A DNA stretch of 64,000 nt from Patescibacteria group bacterium (GTDB lineage Bacteria; Patescibacteriota; Patescibacteriia; Patescibacteriales; UBA12465). Location of the stretch: NCBI GenBank assembly GCA_041651195.1, contig JBAZJR010000002.1, positions 117,857-181,856 on the forward strand. Direction: 5' to 3'. Of the stretch, positions 26,861-37,735 are shown piece after piece. Below the pieces are notes generated by a model, which worked only from the letters and a program-made list of their open reading frames with translations, made no database searches and was not told where the DNA came from. Positions within the stretch are counted from its first letter, which is position 1. Every line of letters starts with the position of its first letter. Position numbers and translations under genes: made by a program.

Positions 26861-27622
26861 TTATTTTATAATGACGGCCTGGCCGACTTCCACCCGCTCG
26901 TAAAGATACTCCGCCGCTCCGACGCCGAGACGGATACAGCCGTGCGACACGGCTTTCCCTAGATGATCTTCGCCTTCGCGATAGCCATTCGGCCAAACCG
27001 GCAATTCATGGATGCCGAATTCGCCGCGATTCAGGCCCAACCAATAAGGCATCCATAGTCCATAGGCTTTTGACCAGGCTTTCGCAACCTTATTGATAAT
27101 CTTAAAAGTTCCCGCCGGCGTCGGCATACTGGCCTTGCCAGTAGAAACCGGAAATTTTTTCCAGGGCTGGTCAGCGACGAAATAAGTTAATTTCTGTTTT
27201 TTTAAATCGATTTCGACGCGCCGCGGCAATCTGGCCGTCGAACCAGAGATCGGGTCATAAGCCGCGTCGATTTCCACTCCATCCAAATAACCGTCTTTAT
27301 CCGTGTCTGGATCAAAAGGATCGGTCTTAAATTTCAGCTCCCAATAATCACTAAGTCCATCCTGATCCACATCGCTGTCAGCGATCTTTATTTCCTTTGG
27401 ATTGAAAGGCGAATAGCCATGCTCTATTTCCTGATCATCCGGATAGCCATCGTTATCGGTATCAACCGTTTCAGCGGCGCTGGCCGCGGCACAAGACGCT
27501 AAAAATAACGTTAAGACCAGGCACGCGCTGACGCTATACGCTAAGCCCGCGCGGATTAAGCGCGAATCGAAACAGCGGCATAAACGCCGGATAAAAAATT
27601 TTATCATCTTAAAATAAGGCAT
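26861..27622 (-). CDS. L,D-transpeptidase (YkuD) with thrombospondin-type-3-like Ca-binding repeats
   Basis: 253 aa. Catalytic 'SHGCIRL'. Repeats 'DTDNDGYPDDQE', 'DVDQDGLSDYWE', 'DPDTDKDGYLDGVE'. An alternative start at 27607 would give an ATGA overlap with queH. Confidence 0.85.
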   Translation of the reverse strand: MPYFKMIKFFIRRLCRCFDSRLIRAGLAYSVSACLVLTLFLASCAAASAAETVDTDNDGYPDDQEIEHGYSPFNPKEIKIADSDVDQDGLSDYWELKFKTDPFDPDTDKDGYLDGVEIDAAYDPISGSTARLPRRVEIDLKKQKLTYFVADQPWKKFPVSTGKASMPTPAGTFKIINKVAKAWSKAYGLWMPYWLGLNRGEFGIHELPVWPNGYREGEDHLGKAVSHGCIRLGVGAAEYLYERVEVGQAVIIK

Positions 27623-28161
27623 GCTTGAGGCGTTAAAGAATATTCACAACCGCAAAATTTCTGACGATACAAGCCTAATTCTCTAGCCAAGGCCTGGCTT
27701 TTGCGATAAGCCTCATCGGCCTGTAAGTCTTCCGACAGGAAATCAAGATCGCTCAAGGCGGCCAATTCCTGACCGAGACGGCGGATCGCGGCCGTATCCT
27801 TATACGGACTCACGGCCAAAGTCGTGCCGAAGAGGTCGAAGCCTCGCGCCGCCGCCAGCTGCGCCGTCCGCGCCAAACGGTCGCGATAACAAAGCCGGCA
27901 ACGCTCGCTCCGCTCCGGATCAGCGGCGCGACCCGCGGTTAATTCCCGCCAAGGCTGATGATCATAGGGCTCGATAATGAGCGGCCAGCCAAATCGATCG
28001 GCCATCGATTGGACCGCTTCGAGGCGACGGTCATATTCCGCCTGAGACAGCAGGTTGGGATTATAAAAATACCAGGTCAATTCATAAAACGGCGCTAATC
28101 TTTCGCGGCTGACATAAGTGCCGCAAGGCGCGCAACAGATTTGTAAAAGCAATTTTTTCAT
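27604..28161 (-). CDS. queH: epoxyqueuosine reductase QueH (DUF208)
   Basis: 185 aa with 'LLLQICCAPC', 'CRLCY' and 'FCGCEYS' cysteine motifs. Confidence 0.85.
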   Translation of the reverse strand: MKKLLLQICCAPCGTYVSRERLAPFYELTWYFYNPNLLSQAEYDRRLEAVQSMADRFGWPLIIEPYDHQPWRELTAGRAADPERSERCRLCYRDRLARTAQLAAARGFDLFGTTLAVSPYKDTAAIRRLGQELAALSDLDFLSEDLQADEAYRKSQALARELGLYRQKFCGCEYSLTPQACLILR

Positions 28162-28210
28162 ATTTATAAAAACTTCCCGTCGCCGCTCCGGCAGGCTTCC
28201 CGTCGCCGGC

Positions 28211-29260
28211 TCAAGCGCCGGACCGCCGCTTATTATCCAAGCGCCAAAAACCGATGACGACCAGGAGCATGACGGAGGCTAGGGCAATTAACGCCCATAA
28301 TTTTCCGCGGCTCTGGAGAAAAAGGCCGCTCAAACCGAAAATCAAGGAAAGACTATAAAAAATCAGGACGGTCGCCCGCTGTCCCAGACCCAGAGCCAGG
28401 AGACGGTGATGCAGATGCCGCCGATCAGCGAATCTGAAAGGGTTCTGCCCGCTGACCAGGCGCCGCGCGATTGTCCAGACGACATCCATGATCGGAATGC
28501 CCATGATCAAAAGAGCGATCGCGATCTTCCCGCCGGAGATGATAGCCAGCACGCCCAAGATGTAGCCGAGCAGGAGCGAACCGCCTTCGCCTAAAAAAAT
28601 CTTGGCGGGATGCCAATTGAAGATCAGGAAGCCGGCCACCGCGCCGGTCAGCAAGATCGCGGCGAAAGCAATATCCGGCTGATAATAGCGCGTCGTCAAA
28701 GTGAATAAAAAAATAACGAAACTGCCGATCAGGCTGATGCCGGAAACTAGGCCGTCAACGCCATCTAAGAGCTTAGTCGTATACATCATGCCCAGAAGCC
28801 AGCCAGCGATCAGAAGCGGAGAGATAAAGGCTAGCGCATCTAGATTGATAAAGCCACCGAAAGGATTAGTAATCTTGGCAATCTCGACGCCGCCGATAAT
28901 AACACTAACGATAGCGAGCACGGGAAAGATAAATTGTTGCGCCGGACGCAGATCATACTTATCATCTAAAGCGCCGCCGACGACAATGATGAGGGCGCCG
29001 ATAAAAAATCCTAAAAGATGCGACCAATGCAGGTTGCCGGACAAAAAGCGCTCAGAGAATAAAAAAAGCAGGCTGAAATAAGCGCCAAAAATAGCGACGC
29101 CGCCCAAAAGCGGCGTAGCCTGGGAATGGATCTTACGCCCGCCTGATCCTGACGGATCAGGCTCATCGATAATCTTCAAATAAACAGCGAGGTTCTTCGT
29201 CAAGACGGTCAGAACGGCCGCCAGGGCTAACGCCGCCAAAAAAATCAATAGATAAAACAT
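28211..29260 (-). CDS. MraY/WecA-family polyprenyl-phosphate sugar-phosphate transferase (GT4)
   Basis: 349-aa polytopic ORF with 'LDDKYDL' and 'KLLDGVDGLVSG'. Confidence 0.85.
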   Translation of the reverse strand: MFYLLIFLAALALAAVLTVLTKNLAVYLKIIDEPDPSGSGGRKIHSQATPLLGGVAIFGAYFSLLFLFSERFLSGNLHWSHLLGFFIGALIIVVGGALDDKYDLRPAQQFIFPVLAIVSVIIGGVEIAKITNPFGGFINLDALAFISPLLIAGWLLGMMYTTKLLDGVDGLVSGISLIGSFVIFLFTLTTRYYQPDIAFAAILLTGAVAGFLIFNWHPAKIFLGEGGSLLLGYILGVLAIISGGKIAIALLIMGIPIMDVVWTIARRLVSGQNPFRFADRRHLHHRLLALGLGQRATVLIFYSLSLIFGLSGLFLQSRGKLWALIALASVMLLVVIGFWRLDNKRRSGA

Positions 29261-29280
29261 AAATTATAATCCGGCCATAT

Positions 29281-31962
29281 TTATAATTCAGCCGCCTTTT
29301 CAATCTCTATTTCCGCCCGCATATTGATGACGACGACATCGCGCCGCTTTAAATCGCCGCTCAAGATCTTATTCGCGACTTCGTTCTCGACCCTCTCTTG
29401 GAGCAGACGGCGCAAAGGGCGGGCGCCAAACTTCGGGTCATATCCGTCGCGCGCCAGAATCGCGACGCCATCCTTATCCGCCTTGAGCCCGATACCCTTT
29501 TCCGCCAGTTTTTTCTTGATCTTCTTCAACATCAAAGTAGCGATGGCGTAAGTATCCTCGACGCTCAGCGGCTTGAAGACGATGATCCCGTCGAAGCGGT
29601 TGATGAGTTCCGGCCGCATATGCTTATTCAGCTGATTATCGATCAATTCCTGCCGGATCAAATGCAGAGGGGTCTGCGCACGGATCTGCTCCTGGATATA
29701 GACGGCGCCGATATTAGAAGTCGCGATGATGATCGATTCGGAAAAACTGATGGTTCGGCCCTGGCCGTCGGTCAGCCGCCCGTCGTCCAGGAGCTGCAGG
29801 AAAAGATTCAAAATATCCGGATGCGCTTTTTCGATCTCATCCAGCAAGACCAGGGCGAAAGGCTTCTTGCGGACCGCTTCAGTCAGATAGCCGAGCGCGC
29901 CGTCCGTATCGCCGATCATCTTCTTGACGCTGTCCGGCGATTGATATTCGCTCATATCCAGGCGGATCAGATAATCTTCATCCCCGAAATAGATTTCACT
30001 GACCGATTTAGCCAGCTCGGTCTTACCGACGCCGGTCGGACCGAGGAACAAGAAGCTGGCGATCGGCCGCTTACTGTCTTTGAGTTCGGCGCGCGCGCGC
30101 CGCAGACTGGCGGCCACGGCGCTCACCGCTTCCGTTTGATCGATCAGGCGCCGATGGATTTCCGCTTCTAGATTCAGGAGCTTTTCCCTTTCCGAAACCG
30201 TAATCTTGCTGACCGGGATGCCGGTCAAATCGCTGATCGCCGCGGCGACCGCGGCCTGATCGCAGAAACATTGTTCCGGATTATTCTTAGCCTGCTTGGC
30301 CGTGATGATGGCGGCTTTTTCCAAGAGATTGATCGCTTTAAGCGGCAGAGCCTTCTCGTGCAGATAGCGGGAAGACATTAAGACGGCTTGTTCTAAAGCG
30401 CTATAAACAAAATAAATATCATACTTAGCCTCCAGAACGCCAACCTTGCTCTCTAAAACCTGGATGGCCTGGTTCAGCTCCGGCTCTTCGATGCCGATGG
30501 TCGTAAAAACATTGCCGATCGACTTATTCTCCACATAGCGGGCATAATTTTCCGTGGTCACCGCGCCAAGACAGAAAATATGCCGCCGACCGACCGCCTC
30601 CGCTAAGACCTCTGACAAATCCAGGCTTTCCTGATTGCCGGAGCTGATCCCGATAATATTCTCAATATTGTCCAGATATAGAATGATGTTGCCGGAACGG
30701 CTGGCTTCGCTAATCGCGCTCAAGAGGCGCCCCTCAGCCTGGCTGGCATCGGCACCGGCGACCAACCGGGGAATATCCAATTCAACCAAACGCTTATCTT
30801 TTAAAAATTCCGGCACATTTTCTTCCACCATCAATTGTGCCAAACCGCCGACAATAGCGCTCTTGCCGACACCGACTGGCCCGACCAATAAGACGCCATT
30901 ATGGCCGCCGCTCAGCGCTTCAAAGATGGCAGAGATCTCCTTATCCCGTCCGACACAAATATCTAAAGAACCGTATTTGGCGCTAACCGTCAGATCATGG
31001 GAAAAATGGTCCAAAGTCGGCGTGGCAATAGCCGTATAAGCGCGATTCATATTATTGCCGGGCTTAAGGATCGCTAAACGGCGATAATTATGATAACGAT
31101 CGACCAAACGGCGATTGACGCGGAACCAGACGACCGAATTCCTAATCTTATCCTGATCGATCTCCAACTCATATAGAACTTCCGCCAAGACCGGATCTTT
31201 TTCATAGCAGAATAAGACCATATTCAAGACATCGACGCTCGCCTGCTTGAGATTGAAGGCGTCGATAAAAGCGAGCGTCAGGGCTTCTTGAAGCGGCGGC
31301 GCCAGATCGACACGGCCGCGGTGCGGCGCATCTTGCGGCTTGACCAGATGCCGATCAATCATCTCGACCAGCCTCTTGGCGTCGACATTCAAACGGATGA
31401 AAAGATTCTGGATTTCTTTGCTCTTCAATAGGACCCGGAAAAGATGGATGACCCGCACTTCTGATTGATTTAATTTGCGGGCCAAGAGATAGGCGTCTTC
31501 GATCGCCCGGAAAGCAGCCGTGCTATAAGCGGCCGCCACATTATAGCGCTTCGTCCGTCGCGCCGGGCGCTTCTCGTCCGTCCGGAACAAGCGATAGTTT
31601 ATCTTCTTGGCGGACGCCCGGCCTTCACTCCGGCGATAGATCATAAAAAGATCAAGCCAGAGAGAGAGTAAGAAAATCAAGACCAAAGGATCGAACTTTT
31701 TCCAAAAGAATAAAAGGCTGAGCGGATTGGCGGCCAGAGAAGATTGGTTGGCAAATAGCCAGGCGCCGAAAGCCAGCCAGCCGGCAAAAATAAGCAGCCA
31801 GGCGAAAACCGCGGCCGCCCGGTTGATCTTTCCCCGCAGCCGTTCTAAGGCGATGATCGACCGCCGGATATCGGCTCGCCAAAATAAAAACCGTCCAGAA
31901 AACCAGGCGCCCCGTCCGCCTTCATCCTGCTCTTCGGTAAAAATTATTTTTTCTTCGATCAT
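29281..31962 (-). CDS. membrane-anchored Clp/Hsp100-family double-AAA+ ATPase
   Basis: 893 aa. Two N-terminal TM helices ('VFAWLLIFAGWLAFGAWLF', 'LVLIFLLSLWLDLFMIY') and Clp_N-like repeats. D1 Walker A is 'GPVGVGKSAIV' with Walker B 'ILYLDNIE'. D2 is '[12 protein letters not shown]' / 'LVLLDEIEKAH'. No long middle coiled coil and no IGF/LGF loop seen. Confidence 0.8.
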   Translation of the reverse strand: MIEEKIIFTEEQDEGGRGAWFSGRFLFWRADIRRSIIALERLRGKINRAAAVFAWLLIFAGWLAFGAWLFANQSSLAANPLSLLFFWKKFDPLVLIFLLSLWLDLFMIYRRSEGRASAKKINYRLFRTDEKRPARRTKRYNVAAAYSTAAFRAIEDAYLLARKLNQSEVRVIHLFRVLLKSKEIQNLFIRLNVDAKRLVEMIDRHLVKPQDAPHRGRVDLAPPLQEALTLAFIDAFNLKQASVDVLNMVLFCYEKDPVLAEVLYELEIDQDKIRNSVVWFRVNRRLVDRYHNYRRLAILKPGNNMNRAYTAIATPTLDHFSHDLTVSAKYGSLDICVGRDKEISAIFEALSGGHNGVLLVGPVGVGKSAIVGGLAQLMVEENVPEFLKDKRLVELDIPRLVAGADASQAEGRLLSAISEASRSGNIILYLDNIENIIGISSGNQESLDLSEVLAEAVGRRHIFCLGAVTTENYARYVENKSIGNVFTTIGIEEPELNQAIQVLESKVGVLEAKYDIYFVYSALEQAVLMSSRYLHEKALPLKAINLLEKAAIITAKQAKNNPEQCFCDQAAVAAAISDLTGIPVSKITVSEREKLLNLEAEIHRRLIDQTEAVSAVAASLRRARAELKDSKRPIASFLFLGPTGVGKTELAKSVSEIYFGDEDYLIRLDMSEYQSPDSVKKMIGDTDGALGYLTEAVRKKPFALVLLDEIEKAHPDILNLFLQLLDDGRLTDGQGRTISFSESIIIATSNIGAVYIQEQIRAQTPLHLIRQELIDNQLNKHMRPELINRFDGIIVFKPLSVEDTYAIATLMLKKIKKKLAEKGIGLKADKDGVAILARDGYDPKFGARPLRRLLQERVENEVANKILSGDLKRRDVVVINMRAEIEIEKAAEL

Positions 31963-31974
31963 ATCGCTAAGCCT

Positions 31975-32349
31975 TTATTGGAGCTGCCAGGCCGTAGTAA
32001 AAAATAAAGCCAACGGGAGCGCCAGCCACAGGAGCAAGGCGGCCAGCGCGACTAGAAACCAGACGAGCAGGACGGCGCCACGAAAGATTATCTGCACTAA
32101 ACGTATTACAAAACTAATAAGGCGGCCGGCGGCATCGCGCTGGCCATACATCGGCACGAAAATATTCTTCAACCAGACGCCAAATCCTAAGATCTGCTCT
32201 TGATTCAATAAAAAAAGCCAGGCGTTCTTGGCTAGGCGACCGAAACCGACCGTATACCACCAAACGGGAAAATATAATATTTCTCCTAATATTTGAAGGA
32301 TAATCTTACCGGAATAAGTCAAAAAATTATGCTTGAGCATGCTCTTCAC
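31975..32349 (-). CDS. small membrane protein, probably co-transcribed with the Clp paralog
   Basis: 124-aa ORF with 3-4 hydrophobic helices. It ends 12 nt before the 31962 start codon. Confidence 0.6.
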   Translation of the reverse strand: MKSMLKHNFLTYSGKIILQILGEILYFPVWWYTVGFGRLAKNAWLFLLNQEQILGFGVWLKNIFVPMYGQRDAAGRLISFVIRLVQIIFRGAVLLVWFLVALAALLLWLALPLALFFTTAWQLQ

Positions 32350-32493
32350 TTAAAAAATAAAAAGATATTTTTACTTTAATATAATAGCATAATCAGCTTC
32401 CGATTGACAACCAATCAGCCTTATATTATCATATAAATTAGCACTCTAATAATAAGAGTGCTAACAAAATATCTTCTTTAATCTATAAACCAT

Positions 32494-35133
32494 ATGTTCA
32501 ATAAATTTACCGATAAATCACAGGAGGCGATCATCAATTCGCAGATCCTCGCTTCTTCCTACGGCCAAGCTAATATCGAAGCGCTTCATATCCTCCTGGC
32601 GCTCCTAGAACAGAACGAAAGCCTGATCAAGCCGATCATGGAAAAGATGAAGATCGATCCGGAAATAATGGAGGAATATACCGTCAAGGAAATCAAGAAA
32701 TTGCCGCGCGTAAAAGTCAATCGGGAGGCCGGGCCGGTCCAAGCGGTTTCCGGCACTGCGGAAACGGCGCTCATCTTAGAGCGCGCCCAGAAAGAAGCGG
32801 ATGGCATGAACGACGAATTTATTTCGACCGAACATATCCTCTTAGCGCTCATCGGCGTGCCTTCGCCGGCACAGAGCATCCTTTTGAATTTCCGGGTCGA
32901 ATACCAGGCGGTCAAGAATATCCTGAAAGAACTGCGCGGGTCAGCGACGATTAACGATCCTTTCCCGGAAAATAAATATAAGGTGCTGGAAAAATATACG
33001 ACCAACCTGACAGAGCTCGCCCGCCAGGAAAAACTGGACCCGGTAGTCGGACGCGACCAGGAGATCCGCCGCATCATGCAGGTGCTCCTGCGCCGGACCA
33101 AGAATAACCCGGTCCTGATCGGCGAGGCCGGTACCGGCAAGACGGCGATCGTGGAAGGCTTAGCCCAGCGGATCATCGCTGGCGATGTCCCAGAAAATTT
33201 AAAAAATAAAGAAATCGTGACCTTGGATCTCGGCGCGCTCGTCGCTGGCGCGAAATTCCGCGGCGAATTCGAAGATCGCCTGAAAGCGGTCTTGAAAGAA
33301 GTAAAATCACAGAACGGCCGGATCATCCTCTTCATCGATGAGCTGCATACCTTGATCGGCGCCGGCGCCTCTGAGGGCTCGATGGATGCTTCTAATATGC
33401 TCAAGCCCGCCCTCGCCCGCGGCGAGCTCCGCACCATCGGGGCGACCACGACCAAGGAATACCAGAAATATATCGAGAAAGACGCCGCCCTGGAGCGCCG
33501 TTTCCAGCCGATCATGGTGAGTGAACCGAGCGTAGACGATACGATCAGCATGCTCCGCGGCCTGAAAGAAAAATATGAAGTCCACCACGGCGTCCGGATC
33601 ACGGATAACGCCGTGATCGCCGCCGCCAGATTATCCAATCGCTATATCAGCGATCGCTATCTGCCAGATAAGGCCGTCGACTTGATCGACGAGGCGACCT
33701 CTTCGCTCCGCATGGAAATCGATTCTATGCCCGACGAACTCGACCAATTGAAACGCCAGATCAACCAATTAGAACTAAACAAGGCTGGGCTCATGACTGC
33801 TGACAAAAAATCTCCGAAACTGCGCGCTGTTAATGCCGAGCTGGCGAAATTGAAAGAAAAGGCTGACCAGCTGGAACTACATTGGAATAATGAAAAGAAT
33901 ATCATCTCCCAGATCCGCGACTCCAAGAAAGAAACAGAGGATTTAAAGATCAAGGCGGAGATCGCCCAGCGCCAGGGCGCCGATCTGACCGAAGTAGCAA
34001 AAATCAAATACGGACTGATCCCCGAATTGGATAATAAGATCAAGCGCCTCCAGGAAGAGCTGATCAAGATCCAAAAGAAAGGGCAGCGGATCCTGAAAGA
34101 AGAGGTCGACGAAGAAGATATCGCCAAGGTCGTCGCGCGCTGGACCGGCATCCCGGTCAATCGGATGCTCCAGGACGAGATCCAAAAACTGAGCGACGCG
34201 GAAAATAAATTAAATAAAGAGGTTGTCGGCCAAGACGAAGCGATCAAGGCGGTCGCTAATGCCCTGCGCCGCAGCCGCGCCGGTATCAATGAGGAGAAAA
34301 AACCGATCGGCTCCTTCCTATTCGTCGGCCCGACCGGCGTGGGCAAGACGGAGCTCGCCAAAGCTTTGGCTAATTTCATCTTTGACGACGAAAAAGCACT
34401 GGTCCGCCTGGATATGAGCGAATATATGGAAAAGCATAGCGTAGCGAAGCTCATCGGCTCGCCGCCCGGCTATATCGGGCACGATGAAGGCGGCCAACTG
34501 ACCGACAAGGTCCGCCGCCGCCCCTATAGCGTCGTCTTATTCGACGAGATCGAGAAAGCCCATCCTGATATGTTCAATATGCTGCTCCAGATCTTAGATG
34601 ACGGCCGCCTCACCGACTCCAAGGGCCGAGTCGTCAATTTCAAGAATACTATCGTCATCATGACTTCCAACCTGGGCAATGAGATCATCAAGCAATATTC
34701 CATCGGCTTCAACGACGCGAGCGACCAGGCGCAAGAGATCAGATTCCGGACCGCCGAAATGAAGGAGAAGATCGATAAGATCTTAAAGAGCCATTTCAAA
34801 CTGGAATTCCTGAATCGCATCGACGAAACCGTGCTCTTCCAGAGCCTGACGCCAGCCGCCTTAGAAAAGATCGTCGATCTGGAACTGATTAAGGTGGAAA
34901 AGAGATTGGGCAATAAGAATATCCTGATCAAGGTGAGCCCGAAGATCAAGAAGATGCTGGCGGAAAAAGGCTATGACATCACCTACGGCGCCCGCCCCTT
35001 GAAGCGGATCATCCAAACCATGATCCTAGACGAGCTGGCTCTTGAAATCATCACGGGCAAGATCAAAGAAGGTGATAAAGTCCGGATAGACCTCAGCGAG
35101 AAAGAGGCTGTGACTTTAAAAGTGAATGGTTGA
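32494..35133 (+). CDS. clpB: chaperone ClpB
   Basis: 879 aa. Walker A/B in both AAA modules ('[15 protein letters not shown]' / 'ILFIDELHT'; '[12 protein letters not shown]' / '[11 protein letters not shown]'), plus a long coiled-coil M-domain between them. Confidence 0.95.
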   Translation: MFNKFTDKSQEAIINSQILASSYGQANIEALHILLALLEQNESLIKPIMEKMKIDPEIMEEYTVKEIKKLPRVKVNREAGPVQAVSGTAETALILERAQKEADGMNDEFISTEHILLALIGVPSPAQSILLNFRVEYQAVKNILKELRGSATINDPFPENKYKVLEKYTTNLTELARQEKLDPVVGRDQEIRRIMQVLLRRTKNNPVLIGEAGTGKTAIVEGLAQRIIAGDVPENLKNKEIVTLDLGALVAGAKFRGEFEDRLKAVLKEVKSQNGRIILFIDELHTLIGAGASEGSMDASNMLKPALARGELRTIGATTTKEYQKYIEKDAALERRFQPIMVSEPSVDDTISMLRGLKEKYEVHHGVRITDNAVIAAARLSNRYISDRYLPDKAVDLIDEATSSLRMEIDSMPDELDQLKRQINQLELNKAGLMTADKKSPKLRAVNAELAKLKEKADQLELHWNNEKNIISQIRDSKKETEDLKIKAEIAQRQGADLTEVAKIKYGLIPELDNKIKRLQEELIKIQKKGQRILKEEVDEEDIAKVVARWTGIPVNRMLQDEIQKLSDAENKLNKEVVGQDEAIKAVANALRRSRAGINEEKKPIGSFLFVGPTGVGKTELAKALANFIFDDEKALVRLDMSEYMEKHSVAKLIGSPPGYIGHDEGGQLTDKVRRRPYSVVLFDEIEKAHPDMFNMLLQILDDGRLTDSKGRVVNFKNTIVIMTSNLGNEIIKQYSIGFNDASDQAQEIRFRTAEMKEKIDKILKSHFKLEFLNRIDETVLFQSLTPAALEKIVDLELIKVEKRLGNKNILIKVSPKIKKMLAEKGYDITYGARPLKRIIQTMILDELALEIITGKIKEGDKVRIDLSEKEAVTLKVNG

Positions 35134-35310
35134 TAGCTAAGCAAGCGAATAAAAAAGCCTAGGCTCTGAGAGCTTAAGTTTTTTTAGAGTCTGCCATAAT
35201 ACTTACTAAACCTGCTCCGTTTACCATTGACATTTTATAACTTATATGATAGGTTCAACCTATAAAAATTGAACGTTAATAAATCAATCACTTTCGCCCA
35301 GGAGGCTAAA

Positions 35311-36132
35311 ATGAAAATATTCCCAATCTACCGCGTTATCAAATCCTACCGCGCCCAAGGTCATAAGATTATTTATATCAACCTGTTCTGGATCTGGGGC
35401 ATACTAAGCTGTATCACCGGCGGCTATTTTTCCGCTCACTACATTTTTACTCAAGCCGACGAATATCAGCAAATGAAAAAAAATTATGCCGATTACGTAA
35501 AGCACCCAGTCGAGTTACCAGTGCTGCCAATAATGGCGAATCTCTTAAAAACCGCTCAAGAGAGTAAATCTGCCATCGATTTTTCTTCTTATCGAGAGAT
35601 TAAAATCGACAAAGATTGGAAAAAGGGCAGCGACGCCTTTGAGTTAAAAATCTTAGCTAAAAGTCAAGATTCCGATCAATGGTTCCTGCAGATACAGACA
35701 TCTGAATATGCGAACCCTATCCTCTATAACCCTGACTGGTTGATTTATTATCCAATACCAGCCAATACTATATTGGCGGCAAAAATCAGTAATTATACTT
35801 TATATTTTGAGACTGAAAGACAATTCAAGGGCCAAAAGATCTGTCAGCTCCTGACCTGGTCGCCAAGCTACGCCAAATTATATGCGCTAAACAGTCTCGC
35901 CGTAATCAGCGTTATATTCGTCTGTTGCCTAATCTCCATAACAGCTGTCGCCCTATTACGATGGCTGATCGTGTCTTGGTATAAGATAAGTGTCTATAAC
36001 GGCGATAGATATAGTAAAAATTATTTCCTTGACAACCAGGAAAGCATAGGGGATAACTTAGATAAGATCGAACGATATCTATTTCTAGGCTACCCCAGAC
36101 AAATCAGAATTACTTGGATCAGACGGATGTAA
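35311..36132 (+). CDS. hypothetical membrane protein (low-GC orphan)
   Basis: The track ORF starts at 35269. I prefer the ATG at 35311, preceded by AGGAGG. TM helices lie near both ends. No recognised motif. Confidence 0.6.
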   Translation: MKIFPIYRVIKSYRAQGHKIIYINLFWIWGILSCITGGYFSAHYIFTQADEYQQMKKNYADYVKHPVELPVLPIMANLLKTAQESKSAIDFSSYREIKIDKDWKKGSDAFELKILAKSQDSDQWFLQIQTSEYANPILYNPDWLIYYPIPANTILAAKISNYTLYFETERQFKGQKICQLLTWSPSYAKLYALNSLAVISVIFVCCLISITAVALLRWLIVSWYKISVYNGDRYSKNYFLDNQESIGDNLDKIERYLFLGYPRQIRITWIRRM

Positions 36133-36241
36133 AAATTTTACAAAATTGACCAATAAGCGATAAATAGCTGCCCAAAAGACGACAGCTATTTTTTATTAGC
36201 GCTCATTTGCGGCGATCACGAAATTATATTATAATGAAGTA

Positions 36242-37729
36242 ATGAAAATCACTAAAAAAACTATCATCATCTTGACAATGGGCTTAATTATGCCCTTTTT
36301 GTTCACGCCGGCCGCTGTCCGGGCGCAATTGACCATCGACCCGAACTTTAACCCCAACCGGATAATCGAAGACAGCGAACTGATGGCTTATGACGCGATG
36401 AATCTGGCCGATATCCAGAATTTCTTGCAGGCTAAGGGCAGCTTCTTAAGCAATTACACGGCGATCAATACGCACGGCGACCTGAAATCAGCTGCCGAGA
36501 TAATTTATGACGCTACCCATAATAATTACGACTGCGATGGCGTGACCCTGAGCGATAAACCGACGGAGGCGGAGAAAAAACTGAAATGCCGATCGATCAC
36601 GACGGTCAACCCCAAATTCCTGCTCGTCCTCCTGCAAAAAGAGGCAAGCTTAGTAGAAGATAGCAGCCCGGCTACTTCCCGCCTAGACTGGGCGACCGGA
36701 TATGGCTGCCCGGACGGCTGGGTCTGCAATCCTTACTATAAAGGCTTCGGCAAACAAGTGAATAGCGCCGCTCTGCAATTCCGCGCTTATATGCTGGAAC
36801 CGCAGAACTATCGATATAAGGTCGGACAGACTTATGAGATCACCAATACTGTCGGCGCCTACGTCACCGAGGCGGATAAGATATCGATCGTCACGCCGCA
36901 AAATCAAGCGACGGCCGCCCTATACAACTACACGCCGCATGTTTTTAATGGTAATTATAACGTCCATAAGCTCTGGGACCGCTATTTCCCCAAGGTTTCC
37001 CGCCTTTACCCTGACAGCTCCATCATCAAGGCTGAGGGCGATCCGAAGGTCTGGCTGATCGAGGGCGGCAAAAAACGGCCTTTCGCGAACTGGTCGTCCT
37101 TTATTTCCCGCTTCCGGCCGGAACAGATCGTCACGGTCACATCCAGCGACCTAGCTAATTATCCTCTCGGCGAAGAGATTAAATTTGCCAACTACTCTCT
37201 GGTCCAGACCCCGGATAAGGAGATCTACCTGCTGGTCGATAAGGAAAAGCGTCCGTTTGCCAGCGCCACCGTCTTCAAGAAAATCGGATTCAATCCGGAA
37301 GAACTTGACCAGGTGGCTGCGGCCGATCTAGCGGGCTATCAGACCGGCCAGACCATTACGGCTACCTCTACCTATGTCACTGGCGCCTTGCTCCAAGATA
37401 GTAAGACTGGCGAAATATACTATGTAGAAAACGGCTTGAAAGCTCCGGTCGACAAAGCTCTTTTGGATATCCGGTTCCCTGGACAAAAAACCATTAAAAA
37501 AACTACCAAGGATCTAAAAACTTACGCTACGACCACGCCGTTGCTCTTAAACGAAGGGACCCTGGTCAGGACCGCTAATTACCCGACTGTCTATCTGATC
37601 TCCGGCGGCCTGAAACGCCCCTTCGCTGATGAAACGGTCTTCGCTAAGCTCAACTATAATCCGGCGAACGTCTTCACGGTCTCCTCGCAATTCCTATATA
37701 ACTACGAAATGGGGGCGACCATCCAATAA
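36242..37729 (+). CDS. secreted protein with four ~55-aa C-terminal repeats
   Basis: 495 aa with a signal peptide. Repeats include 'KVWLIEGGKKRPFANWSSF', 'EIYLLVDKEKRPFASATVF', 'EIYYVENGLKAPVD' and 'TVYLISGGLKRPFADETVF'. Confidence 0.7.
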   Translation: MKITKKTIIILTMGLIMPFLFTPAAVRAQLTIDPNFNPNRIIEDSELMAYDAMNLADIQNFLQAKGSFLSNYTAINTHGDLKSAAEIIYDATHNNYDCDGVTLSDKPTEAEKKLKCRSITTVNPKFLLVLLQKEASLVEDSSPATSRLDWATGYGCPDGWVCNPYYKGFGKQVNSAALQFRAYMLEPQNYRYKVGQTYEITNTVGAYVTEADKISIVTPQNQATAALYNYTPHVFNGNYNVHKLWDRYFPKVSRLYPDSSIIKAEGDPKVWLIEGGKKRPFANWSSFISRFRPEQIVTVTSSDLANYPLGEEIKFANYSLVQTPDKEIYLLVDKEKRPFASATVFKKIGFNPEELDQVAAADLAGYQTGQTITATSTYVTGALLQDSKTGEIYYVENGLKAPVDKALLDIRFPGQKTIKKTTKDLKTYATTTPLLLNEGTLVRTANYPTVYLISGGLKRPFADETVFAKLNYNPANVFTVSSQFLYNYEMGATIQ

Positions 37730-37735
37730 AATAAT

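Noticed and set aside
32586-34454. Long minus-strand ORFs (350 aa and 265 aa) inside clpB
   Set aside because: They are Ser/Arg-rich antisense shadows of a very well supported clpB reading frame.
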